A stretch of DNA of 56,461 nt, the filler included, from Sphacelaria rigidula (Eukaryota), in assembly GCA_964200075.2 (NCBI GenBank). It is 7 parts of 7 records of this genome, joined end to end, with 100 filler letters (N's around TTAATTAATTAA, not from the genome) between each part and the next. Parts side by side here need not be neighbours in the genome. Positions count along the whole stretch, not along the records: positions 1 to 7,981 come from CAXNAA020012751.1; positions 8,082 to 16,062 come from CAXNAA020012752.1; 5 more parts are not named here. One strand, written 5' to 3'. The notes below the pieces were generated by a model. The model searched no databases and had not been told where the DNA came from. It worked only from the letters and a program-made list of their open reading frames with translations. Below are positions 1 through 11,285 of the stretch, one piece after another. The translations under genes were made by a program, and so were the position numbers. Within the stretch, counting starts at the first letter, position 1. Every line of letters starts with the position of its first letter.

Positions 1-93
1 GTCTATTTGGGGAAAGAACGGGGCCCCATCTCGAAAGGGATGAGTGGTCTATGACTTGGGCAAGCAAAATATGATTACCCCCCCCCCCCCCCC
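1..93 (-). repeat. Copy of dispersed poly-G/CCCCTTTCGAGAYGG repeat family
   Basis: Reverse complement reads poly-G...ttgcttgcc...gaccactcatccctttcgagatgggg, matching 20481-20617, 29818-29880 and 54877-54976. Confidence 0.65.
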
Positions 94-1785
94 TTTGTAG
101 GGGTGCGAGGTCAATGATAATATGACTATGGCATGCATGATCATGAGTACACCCCCGCCCTTCCCCCACCCTCTTAACTCCCCGTCCTTCGATGCGCTGC
201 GTGACTGTTGACGGGCGATGTCGATCAGAACAGGGTTCCCCCCGAGCACTGGTACAGATGCTACTCAACAATGCGTTACAACGGAGTGGTCGTAAACGAC
301 GTTCCGTTCGGTGTACTGTAATGTGACAATATGCCGGGGCGAAATAGACTCGTACTGCGGTCCAAGTATTTTTCACGGCGGCTTCATTTAGCCGTGACAT
401 TCCAAACTCCCGACAGTTTATGCCTCCACAACCCCAGTCGAATGCGGTGAAGGTGGTGGTTAAGGAACAACCGGAACGATGGCACTCATAAAACCTGTGC
501 AGGGGGTTACAGGGCTCGGTCGGGCGGTCGAGACCGTTGCCACGCTAACACACGAAATGCAACACCTAGCGCACAAGGCTTCACAACCTGCGCGTTTTTT
601 CCCGTTTCCCACACATCCTGCTAAAAATATGCGCCGACAGGCCGCAAGAAGATGCCCCAACGGGTGAGCTTCACCGTTTTTGTCGTGTTGTTTCTGTACT
701 GGTCATTGTGGGGTGAGATACTGAACTTGCCCGTCCCTTGTGTACGGATATTTGGCTCAAGCAATATTCGTAGTAGTATCGACGCGCGGTCATAGCCCAC
801 ACTTCTCTGCATCGAACATTCGTTAGCATGAGTGGAAGCGGTTGAGCCATTCACAAGCGGCCCAATGCGGTTGTTGATTCACCTCTTGTGATGATCCCCA
901 CACCCGTTGCAAGTCACTACCGCTCCCGACGATCTCACGTTTACACGTTATCCGGTGGGTATGTTGCTTCCTTGAAACGCCATCGCATGTTCAGGACTTA
1001 GCGCTCATCCGGCGCGCAGCCAAAGTCATGTATCGGGCGCGCCACGGTCGACTCGTGCTTTCTCAGCTGCTGTGGGCTCAGAAGTCAAGAACAATGCTGT
1101 GGAGGTGAGACTCGTATACTTCTTCAATCCATACCACGAGTTTTGATGGAAACACGGTCAGGGAGTACCTGGGAGCTAGGTCATCGATATTGAGTAGAAC
1201 ATCGTCGACTTTTATGAGTTCTAACTCACCTTGTGCTCAGTGTCGTTGGCATGCGAATCATGCTCTGACGGGTTTTCTATGACTGGCGTATTTCGGCCCG
1301 GGTCTGGCGCGGCGAGCTGCGTAAGGACGTTTGGTTGTCGACACACGGTCCCCCAGGGTCTTTTGTGACGGCGATGCATTTTGTCGTGCTCAAATCCGTA
1401 TGCCTTGCGTGATCTGTTCAATGTTGCACAGCAACCGCATCATGCGATTCTGCAGCGACAAGCTCAAAAGCTGGCAAGACCAATGTCCGTGGCTCCTCCC
1501 GTCCAGGTGCGTTTGTTCTCAGGCCCATTGGAAAACGGTGATCCTTCCGACCGCAGTATGGTCCGTGCCTGACCACGCCAGCATATGTCATTCTCACACG
1601 CTTCATATATTCCCACAAGGTAACATGCCTATGGGGGTGATGGCGACGTGCTTTTTCCACACAACACTTGTTTACGGTGCTCTGCATCGTCACTCATGTC
1701 TTTTCCGTAACCCTTGCTTACACGTACCTTTTTTTCTGTGAAGGAGCATGGGAATGTTGCACATACCCACGACGAAGGTCTGCGC

Positions 1786-1979
1786 AGAGCTTTGACTTAG
1801 GTCCACCGAACCCCGAGTCTTCATGGTGGGAGTCGGAGTCTTTGAATCAATCACTCGCTCGTATCTGGCATGACTCGTATGACTCGAGTCACGCTTGTTG
1901 TCATTTTCTGATGAGTTGTGAGCCGAGTTATATGCGTTCTCATTTTGCCCGAATGACGAACGACTAGAGTCAAGGTCTA
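1786..1979. mobile_element. Possible degenerate hAT-type MITE rich in GAGTC/GACTC motifs
   Basis: Imperfect termini cagagctttgact ... gagtcaaggtcta and many internal gagtc/gactc motifs; no clear TSD. Confidence 0.35.
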
Positions 1980-2560
1980 CCTCCTTTCATGTGTGAGTAA
2001 ACCCGTGTTCGTGAAAGTTTTGGGGCAGGCTTGGGGCAGGCTCATCCTCATTTATTCTGTGTAGCTCGCACGACTGGGCTCAGACTCATCCTCATTGTGC
2101 TGACAAACTCACATGACTCGAGTAAGGATGAAGTCTCGTTGAATACAGCCAGTATCCATGGATGGATATGGTGATGATTCTCGAAAGTGTCTGGGTACAG
2201 TTGCATATGAGCAATCATCCATAAACTGCGTACTTTCTTGCTATTTACTTGCGTACCGGAACAGCACCACGCTCAAGGCGGTCTTGGAGGGCGAGGTAAA
2301 GATGTGAGGCAACAACAAGGTAAAGTTTGGCTTGTATGTACAGCACCGCGTTTGTTTTCGAGGCTGTTCTTTGCCGGTCTCGAGTTCTAGGTCCGTCAAT
2401 AATTTCGAAAATAGTGTGCATCGCATGCCTTGTAGTATTGGCGGAGTTCTCTCGAGAGGATGGCACGTAATCTGTAAAGTGGGGTGAGGGAGTACTCACG
2501 GCTTCAAGTCCAGTTATCGACCCTACTACAAGAATACTTTTTGCGAGTGAACCCTTCCAA

Positions 2561-3182
2561 AGTTGTATTGTGTAGGGTACACCCGGGACTTTCGGGTGGC
2601 GTTAGAGTTCGGAAATTATACCAGTTGTAAGTGGCCATTATCATTATAATGGTAATAATGGTACGGTTATATGAACATTTTAGATAATGGTACGGTAATA
2701 ATGGTACGGTTTTAGCCATCATTTGCCGGTACGAGCTTTTGTCCTTGAAAATTGGTCCGAAAAAATTGGCCCAATTTTCACGTGTTTTTCAGCTCTAGTG
2801 AAGCCAAATCGCGTAAAAACGTGCCTCCGGCACGACGCCTTCAGCGGAGCTCTGCGCAGGCGCCTCCGGGGTTGCCCTCTCTGCCCGGGGGAGGGGGGGG
2901 GGGGTTGGCTCGCGGCTTCGTCGCCCGCTGCTTGCGGCTGCGCCGTTCGATGACCAAACCATTATGTGCCATTTAACTGGTTGATGGTTGCGCTACGCAT
3001 AACTATTTAACTGGTGAACTATAGGAAACCATTTCCGAGCTGTAGTTGGCGTACTAAATCATACCGAAATGTGTACCGAATACTCCTGTACGGTCCCCTA
3101 GCGTATTTACCGACAAAAATCCTATCTTTTACTCTTACCAATACCCGGATTTCAGCGGGTACACCCTGCAGCATACAACCTT
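2561..3182. mobile_element. Older TIR element hosting the nested hAT MITE
   Basis: Inverted ends aagttgtattgtgtagggtacacccg and cgggtacaccctgcagcatacaacctt flank the 2603-3044 insertion. Confidence 0.5.
2603..3044 (+). mobile_element. hAT-family MITE (TAGAGCTCGGAAA TIR), copy 1
   Basis: TIRs tagagttcggaaat / atttccgagctgta; 8-bp TSD ggtggcgt / gttggcgt (7 of 8 match); colinear with 8505-8910. Confidence 0.85.
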
Positions 3183-6100
3183 CAACCGCTCATATCAGTT
3201 GTTGTGCCCTGCACGGACAGGGTGGGCATCGAGGGCGAGTCATGGTCAATCACCGGCACGACCTTCGGTGGCAGCACATACCTCGTCGCCGGTGTCTATG
3301 AAACATCGGCCACTGGTAAGTGGGGAGCGTGGTCATCCCATGTCGAGATACCCATAGCGTTGGCAGTTCGTCTGTTGCCTGCTTCCGCTTTTCGTTTGCC
3401 GTTCGCCCGGATGCCACAGCCCGTTCTAGTACTCACCGTGAGCGTGTGTATCGCAGTAGCTTGTTTGTAGCGATAGGTGATGGTCGTATTTAGAGCGCTT
3501 TCAACACGGTTTTATGGCACTAGCAAGCGCTCATCTATGGACGGTGATTACTCCTTCAGACGGTAAGAAGAAATGCACTTGAATGATCTGTTTCCGAATG
3601 ACTAGGCAGGCATTTCGTACGCGAATCTTACCCAACTCCACCGTACCTTGACCCCGGCTTGCTGAAAAGCTGAGCGTTCATGAAGGCCGCGGAGCTGCAC
3701 TACAGGGACTTGCTGGGCGAGGTGGGATCCAGCAACAAGGTGATCGGGGTCATGCGCAGGGACAGTCCATATTACCCAGTCAGTGGCACCGGCGAGAGCG
3801 AGGTGCTGCAGGCAAGTACGACGGGGGGAATGCTGGCCGAAACGTCGAGGCGTCACGAGAGTTGGACGACCGAGTGCCACAAGCTAAGACCGGTGAGCAA
3901 AGAAACCGTCATACGTATTGGGTCGTAGTGTCGGTCCCCCACGACCACTCTCTGCATCGATGCATACTGGATGTTAAGAGAAGTGAGGTATGAAACGACC
4001 ATCCAGTGGCTTCGCTCGCGACTCCATTTGATGGGTTGATCTTGTAGTGCTTGCTGTGTCACTTCTCTATGGGATAGTTGCGGCAGTCACTTCGACACAC
4101 TCCCAAGTACTTGACCTCCAGACAAGGAAACTCCCCTCATCCTGTCGGATACGGGCAGTACTGTCGGATTGTCGAGACCACCTACATGCGGTAGTGATTA
4201 TCAATGCGTGCAGCTAGGATGGATGTGGTGGGTGTGACAACGCATAGTTATAGCTATCGAGGCACTTCGTTCCATCGAGCCATGTGCAGCGTAGCCAGAA
4301 ATCGGTCCCCATTAACGAGAAAAAATGCGCTGTCAGGTGGAACGTCCAATACCATGATTCAGCCACAGCGGAACCGACGAAACCAAGGTGCCTTCCGTCA
4401 CCTCCAACTTCCTGGACACGGTGATGCTCGCAATAGGAATGGGAAAACCACCGGCAGCTTGACGGCAAGTGGTGCCGGGATCGGGACTCACGACGGATCT
4501 ACTTGTGGCGTAGTCAGCAGCGACCAAAATATGGGTGGAACGAAGTCATCGGTTGATTTCAGTGCAGACGAACGAGATAATTCATCTCGACGATCGCTGG
4601 CTCACAGGGGAAATGGTGCGCAAGATTCCGAGTCAAAGGTGGGTGTGTCGTAGTCGATTCGATCAGGGTCCACACAAACTGCAATCACTCCACAAGATGA
4701 CATGGTTTCGGCTGATGTAGAAACGTGTAGCGGTAGTCTTTCCGACTTCGAGCGTGGACTCATCGTGCACAGTTGCTCGTCGATCCTCCAACATAACAGG
4801 TATCATCAAGGAGCGTAGAAGTGCTTTCTGAGGACGTCGTCCAGCCAGGTGACGGTTGCTCAATATCTTCTGAGGATGGTGATGGAAGCATACCTGTGTC
4901 AGTAGGTACGCCGACGAGAATGCATACCGATTTCGACAACACCGCTGAGTCGTCGTTGGACAGTTCAACCATTACTTCAAACCGACAAGTTGCCGCCTGT
5001 TTGCGAACTGCTAACACATACGGATAGGGTTATCAATTCTAGTACTGCTGCTGAAAACGTACACAGTCGAAGGATACCAGGGGCCAGGAAACGGTTCAGA
5101 GGATATGGTGAAAGAAATAACAGTGTCAACACAGTAAAGAGGAAAGCCAATGCGAGGTGACTGCTGTACCTCACGCACTCTGGTCAGGATCCAGAGCGGA
5201 GGCACACACTGCGACGTCTCTCACTGCTTGAAAACACTCAACTACATCTTGTTGTTGCTGAGCACCAGCATAACAAGGAGTAGTAATTTTGAAGTCAGTA
5301 CAACGTGATGAGAAACGAGTTGATTCTTGCAAGCCGGTGCAGTGGTGGAGGGTTCAGTGAAATTGTCTACTTGCCTCCGGCAAACACCATACACACCCTC
5401 GCGGCATCACAGACCAAAGGAGTATTCTCGGACAGCCGTCGCAAGGGTCTCCATCAACTGCTGGGCACCCAGGGCAACGAAGCCAAGAGATGATGCGCAG
5501 TGAGACAGAAGCAGTCATTGCAACTGCTTCCAACGTGGATCCATCCCCAGGTCGTTGGAGTTCCCACAATGTGGACAGAGGCGTTCATCAGGTTGGTGGC
5601 ATAAGCGGCGAATAAATAGCATCATATCGGAAGACCGATGTACTCCACTTGTATTCATTTTCGTGTGTACTATGGCACCGTCATTCTAAGAGAAACGATG
5701 ATGACCCTGTGACTGCTGGCCACCCCCTGCTCTCAAAACGTAGCGATCCGTCGGCCGGCAATGTATTGGTGTGTAGTGATATATGAAGAACACACTTGCT
5801 TAGTTGCGGCGAAGGGTCAAAACTCAACGAGTTCCCACAAATATCTCATTTTTGCATCTTTTTGGATGTTTAGGGCGCAACGGATAGATGCGAGGTGGAA
5901 AACACAGCCACCGCGTTTCAACTCTGTGCGTGGACTTCGCGAGTGATCCATTGTTGGCATCAGTGTGATACCCTGAGTGGTGGTTTGAGATTAAGTGTAT
6001 CACGGTATCGTGCTATTAATCTTCTGTTCACCCAGTCGTGCTTGAAAGGAGGAAACACGAAGCGGACGGATCAGCCGTGCTCCATATCGGTTTGTCGTCA

Positions 6101-7981
6101 TCATGCACTAATTCATCTTATCCTGTCACTCTTGCGACGTCTGAAGATGAAGGCTGTCGACGACTCCACTGGAACTTTGCAGCCGCACGCTCACAAGGAC
6201 AAGGACAGGGCCAGAGCCCGAAAGAAGGATGAGAAGGCCTGCAAGTCAGGATCGAAGCAGCTGCTAGGTGATCCGCTGAAGACTACGCGCTGATTGATGT
6301 TTCGAGCCAATGTTGTGACCCGAGATTACCATGAAACTATTTTCTTCTCCGCATAACCTCAGCGGTCGTGATGCGCCATTTCACACGAGCATGCGTCCGA
6401 TCAGATCAGACACGAAGACCCTCGAGAATACAAGAAAACATTCGTGTTCACCACTTCTGTCAATGGCGGTGTCAAAACCGTGTCACGTCACATAACCATA
6501 CAAGAATGATGAAATATATGGAGAGGCGACTATGGTTGACCGCACAGTGTGACAGGCTTTGAATAATGACGGACAGCTGCAGTGACAGTACAACGAGTAC
6601 AAGAACAGCAGCAACCTTAGTTCTCCCGCGGACTAAAAATTGTAGACGGCTTTGCACTTTTCACAGGGTTCCAATGCGAACATTCATTAGTGTGATCATC
6701 CGCGGGACACTTTTTACGATAGTCCCCAGCTGATATCAGCCCAAAAGTGTCACGAAAAATGTGACTATGTAGCGTCTGGTTTTCGGGTTCAGGCTGCATT
6801 AAGCGCCTCAGGTTGGCGACATTGGCGACAACGAACCCAAGCGTGGGAAATCCCAGCTGCTCGTTGTGCTCGGCTTTTTCCATTTCGATTCATGTGAAGA
6901 TTTCGCCTCCCCATACCATGCACTTTTTTTTGCGGGGGGCGGGGTATCGTAGAAAGTATCTGAGCAGCCTGTTTTCCCTTCATTTTCGACACTGCATTGC
7001 ATACCCACACTTGTGAATACACAACGAAGAATCGTGCAATACGTGGTTCTCATATTGTCTTGAGAGTCCTATATTCCTTGGTACGAAACCGCCCTGCAAA
7101 ATATCTCACTTTGCGCTTGATCGTTGTAACGCTTGCGGCGTGCTGCGAGTCCTGACAGTCCTGTTGAGGATGGTGATATTCTGGTGAAGAAGACCCAGCA
7201 GAATGTCCGAGCGGTGAACAGATCTCGCGTATTATATTTTGCGTCTGGCGATATTGTAGAAGGGTAACAGGGTTTAGCAGCCAAGGTGGGGTTTTGTTGT
7301 CGCCCACCTTGTCTTATACAACGCTTATAGCGAGCAGGATGGCTGTGCCGTGTACGACTCCCCATCCTGCCGGCATGGCCGTTGATGCTTACTGGAGCGG
7401 AGATGCATTCACGTTTTCAAAGCAGTTACTGGCGGTGTGCAAACATCACCGGGAGATGGTGCGAACTACGAGTATGTCCTTGGCATCGTGCCTTGCATGG
7501 GCCTAGTGGACCCGCAACCCCTTGTTAACATTAACATGAGAGCGTTGTCGCTTCCGCCAAAAGAGCGATTCCGAACCCCCTGCGGAGAAATGAAAAAAAC
7601 ATCCAATTGGCTCATGGGCGCGAAAGGGGTTGAGCACTCAGCCCCGCAGTACACGAAATCACGACACAACCAGTGTTGATATTGTTCAAACCTTTTCTGT
7701 GACGCCATCCATTTCCAGGCCTACTGCACACCACACACCGCCCCTCTCTGCCTTTTTTTTTTCCACGTGTTTCTATATCCCTCCCACAATGTCACTCGTT
7801 TTATACGAGCTGGGCCAGCCGAGAAGCGAGTTTGTAGTTTGCAGGCGCATTAACCGGCCAATATTCAAAGTTGGACCTTAAAATTTGGTATGGACAATGA
7901 ATAGGGCATATTATTATTATTATATCCATCACATTAGCTCGATCCCTCGAACCCGTGGCCAAAGAGTGCAAGGAGCATACC

Positions 7982-8081
7982 NNNNNNNNNNNNNNNNNNN
8001 NNNNNNNNNNNNNNNNNNNNNNNNNTTAATTAATTAANNNNNNNNNNNNNNNNNNNNNNNNNNNNNNNNNNNNNNNNNNNN
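7982..8081. other. Artificial contig-joining spacer (N44-TTAATTAATTAA-N44)
   Basis: 100-bp spacer whose 12-mer core gives stop codons in all six frames; identical copies recur about every 8080 bp. Confidence 0.97.
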
Positions 8082-8504
8082 GACATCGCCTCTTCCAGAG
8101 ACAGCCACGGCTTTTACACTGCCTCATGGGTGCATACCAGCGTGGGGGGGGGGTGGGGCGTTCACGCGTGCGGTTCGTAGTATGTAGTGCTCGAAGCAAG
8201 TAGTTTGCGTATATATGCTGGTTTGTTGTCATCTGTTCCGCATCAGGTGGGTGGGTGTGGCGCACCGACGGTGACCGCGATTTGTTGCGGTTTTGTTACT
8301 GTCATCTCCGTGTACAGTAGTCTTTTGGACATTCTTTTATCAACCATGAATCCCTCAATATAATTTCACCATGTACTACTTGTACATTACAAGTATTATT
8401 ATAATTAATTTATTATCATTCCGTTTTATCATGTATGCGTGCTTCGGAAGTCTTGATAAGCTTTAGGGTCAGGACTAATATGAGTCGTATTAAAGCACGT
8501 TTTG

Positions 8505-8910
8505 TAGAGCTCGGAAACGGTTTGTCTAACCATTAACCAGTTGAAAGGTTACGCGTAGCGCACTCATTAACCAGTTAAATTGTACATGATGGTTTGGTCA
8601 TCGAGCGATGCAGCCGCAAGCCACAAAGCCCCCCTCGGCAGAGTGGACCCCGCCGGAGGGCCCCGCTGGAGTCGCCGTGCCGGAGGCACGTTTGAACGCG
8701 ATTTAGGTTCACTAGAGCTAAGATATACGTCAAATTCGGGCCAATTTTCAAGGGCTGTATGTAGCATACGTAGCCGGTAACGGCTTATAAAGCTGGTAAC
8801 GGTAGTAAATAATGGTTTGAAACCATTATCCATTTTTTCATATAACCATTGCCATTATTACCATTATTATGATAATGGCCAGTTATGACTGGTACCGTTT
8901 CCGAGCTCTC
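8505..8910 (-). mobile_element. hAT-family MITE (TAGAGCTCGGAAA TIR), copy 2
   Basis: TIRs tagagctcggaaacgg / ccgtttccgagctctc; 8-bp TSD acgttttg / acattttg; reverse-complement homolog of 2603-3044. Confidence 0.88.
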
Positions 8911-8938
8911 ACATTTTGAGTACGAGTAGAAAGAGACT

Positions 8939-9470
8939 ATGAAACCCACCTACAGTACAATACATTTGTGTGGTGGCATAGGCACGGTCTATGGATACGA
9001 GAGAAATGCGGCAAGCCGCCCGATTTTAAAAGCACGTCGTCTTCTACATGTCCTTTGCGGTGTAGATGACCCATACAAAGCGGTCTTCTTCCGTCTCCTG
9101 ACGATGCACGACGTTCAAGTTCATGTCTGCTTATTGCGGGAGCACTATCGCCGAGTGACAGACAAAACGGTAGAAAGACTGTGGTTCTTACGCCCACCAC
9201 TCTCGCGGAGTGTTCGAGTCTTTCTACGATAGCCCCCCCCCCTCCAAACCAACCCAAAACTGTCACGAACAAAATGGTCATACAGCGCCTAATGCTTCGT
9301 TTCAGGCTGCGTGAAACGCCTCCTACGGGCGACATCGACGAAAGCGAACCGAGGCGTGGGAATTCCCAGCTGCTCGTTGTGCTGGACTCTGTTTCATTTT
9401 GATCCACGTGTAGATTTTGCTTCCCCCCAAACCAGTCGTTTTCAACGGGGGTTATCGTAGAAAGTGCCGT
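8939..9470 (+). pseudogene. Second decayed copy of the unknown coding family
   Basis: PKTVTNKMVIQRLMLRFRLRETPPTGDIDESEPRRGNSQLLVVL aligns without gaps to PKSVTKNVTM*RLVFGFRLH*APQVGDIGDNEPKRGKSQLLVVL at 6741-6872. Confidence 0.55.
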
Positions 9471-9564
9471 CCGTACATCTGTGGTGAACCGTAGTTCTGT
9501 GGGCGGGAGCCGTACGTTACGTCCGGCGTCCAATCCACGCAACGACACATCTGAAGGTGGCCAT

Positions 9565-9763
9565 CAACAGCCGATCATATGAGGGTTCGATCGTCCCTTT
9601 CTGTCGTCGACTGCCAAGTCTCCTGTTGTTACGACTTGATCGGCAAAGTCGCTCTCCACTGTTGCGCAGGCTGTGAGATAAAATGCCCCTAGATTCGACC
9701 CCCCCCCTCCCAACCGTTAGAAGAAGATTTCGAGGTCACCAACTGAACCACCAGGGCGACCGG
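9565..9763 (-). mobile_element. tRNA-derived SINE fragment
   Basis: Minus strand reads ccggtcgccctggtggttcagttggtg (A-box-like) ... gggtcgaatct (degenerate B box). Confidence 0.55.
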
Positions 9764-9908
9764 CGCCAGAAAGCAGAGTGTGAAACATTAATATTGGTGG
9801 TTGGCGGCGGGACGCTTGCGCCTATGCAGCATGCCGTCGTGTTTCTCCGGTATAGCTGACTGAGCATTGACGAGAGCCCAACCAAAAAAATCCAACAAAC
9901 GTGAGTCC

Positions 9909-9998
9909 TGTGACGGTTCAAGAGATAACCAACTAGACTACTCACCAGTCAGCGCTGATTGGTCAGTAGTCTAGTTGGTTATCTCTTGAACCGTCACA
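9909..9998. repeat. 90-bp near-perfect palindrome
   Basis: 45-bp arms with no spacer and 43 of 45 positions complementary; centre agc|gct. Confidence 0.95.
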
Positions 9999-10033
9999 AA
10001 GTCAGTCGCGGGGGTTCAATCCCCGTCACTTTC
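9960..10033 (+). ncRNA. tRNA-like Pol III head (SINE or pseudo-tRNA)
   Basis: A box tagtctagttgg and B box ggttcaatccc at tRNA-like spacing; acceptor and anticodon stems do not pair well. Confidence 0.5.
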
Positions 10034-10380
10034 ACTCCGAGGAGGGCGACTCCCCTTGCCAGCGCTCTATCGACTGCAATCAGGACCTCTACTGTTGTCA
10101 CTCTCACCGTACCCTAGAGTTGGTTGTCTCTTCTTAAACCGTCACAGTCCAGGGGATAGGTGAGCGTGAATCCGCCAGCAGACGCCAAGCGCGGCAAAAT
10201 AGTCGTGCTTGTTACTTTGCTTTGAGTGTCCATTTTGCTTGTATGTTCCATGCCCAAGCACCTCCTACGCGGTGCCTTGAGCAACCAAAATTATTTTAGG
10301 CAAGCGGAGGCGTGCTAGCGTAGTATAAAGCTATCGCCAACTATATCGCTGTAGTCTTCAAGGTACAAGCCAGCAGGTCC

Positions 10381-10949
10381 TCGAAACACGTGATTTTACA
10401 AATTGGGGGTGGCCTTTTAATTGGGGATGAGAACCCGGAGAAATAACATCTTCTTCTCCACACCAAACCTTCGAAATATGGTTCCATTTCTTCACTTGCT
10501 GGTAGCTATCGACAACTATTTACACGCCATACAAAGTCGGATTTCGATAACCGAAATGTTGGGGTCTTGGATGAAAAACCAATTATTACGGGGAACTTAG
10601 GTGATCCGATGGAATTGAAATCTTCGTATCCATACCGAATCTTCGAAATGTGGTTCCATTTCTTCACTTGTTGGTAGCTCTTGACAACTACTACACGCCT
10701 TACAAAGTCGGATTTCGATAGCCCGATCACCAAAGTTCCCCAAAAATGATTCTTCACCCAGGACCCCAACATTTCGGTTATCGAAATCCGACTTTGTATG
10801 GCGTGTAGTAGTTGTCAATAGCTACCAGCAAATAATGAAGAAATGGAACCATATTTCGAAGATTCGGCATGGATACGAAGATTTTCATTCTCCGGGATCT
10901 CATCCCCAATAAAAAATCAATCCCCAATTTGTAAAATCACGTGTTTCAA
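10381..10949. mobile_element. Foldback-type non-autonomous element with ~225-bp TIRs
   Basis: 10381-~10607 is the inverted copy of ~10725-10949; the centre is a third, direct copy of a TIR sub-segment; GTCC on both flanks. Confidence 0.85.
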
Positions 10950-10974
10950 GTCCTAACGCCACACGTTTTTACTT

Positions 10975-11285
10975 TTGTCACACTTTGAACCTCTCCGCTT
11001 CCTCGGCACGAGTCCGTGGTCTCAAGGGATCATCGACCCATCTCTCCCCGGTTCATGCCTCGCATTTTGGTCTCGCGGATTGGGTCAGCACCCCCGCATC
11101 GCGCCAACTCTCGTCAAACGAACTCAGTCAAGTACTTTTTCTGTAGGCACGAACTCACGCTTCCGACGGTGGAAATCAGATACTTCTTCCTACCAAAAAA
11201 CCCAACGCACGGGGAATCGAACCCACGTTCTCTCTACCCTACTTTTGGTGACCGTCAAACCACCACACTACCAGGGTACGGACGG
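10975..11285 (-). mobile_element. tRNA-derived SINE
   Basis: Minus strand has A box tagtgtggtgg, B box gggttcgattccc and then a T-run; body resembles 30250-30350. Confidence 0.65.

Larger units (their letters stand above)
2268..7510 (+). pseudogene. Decayed multi-exon gene of unknown family (possibly transposon-encoded)
   Basis: AG/GT-bounded exon-like blocks such as 3221-3315 (VGIEGESWSITGTTFGGSTYLVAGVYETSAT) and 3471-3562 (three in-frame stops). Segment 6710-6957 is homologous to 9220-9465 on another contig. Boundaries are approximate. Confidence 0.4.

Noticed and set aside
1905..1935. Hammerhead ribozyme core (ctgatgag)
   Set aside because: No matching stem II and GAAA follow.
8026..8037. 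TTAATTAATTAA recurring every ~8080 bp as a biological periodic motif
   Set aside because: It is always embedded in N44 blocks and is a synthetic six-frame stop linker.
9960..10033. Functional tRNA gene
   Set aside because: A and B boxes are present but the acceptor and anticodon stems do not form a proper cloverleaf.
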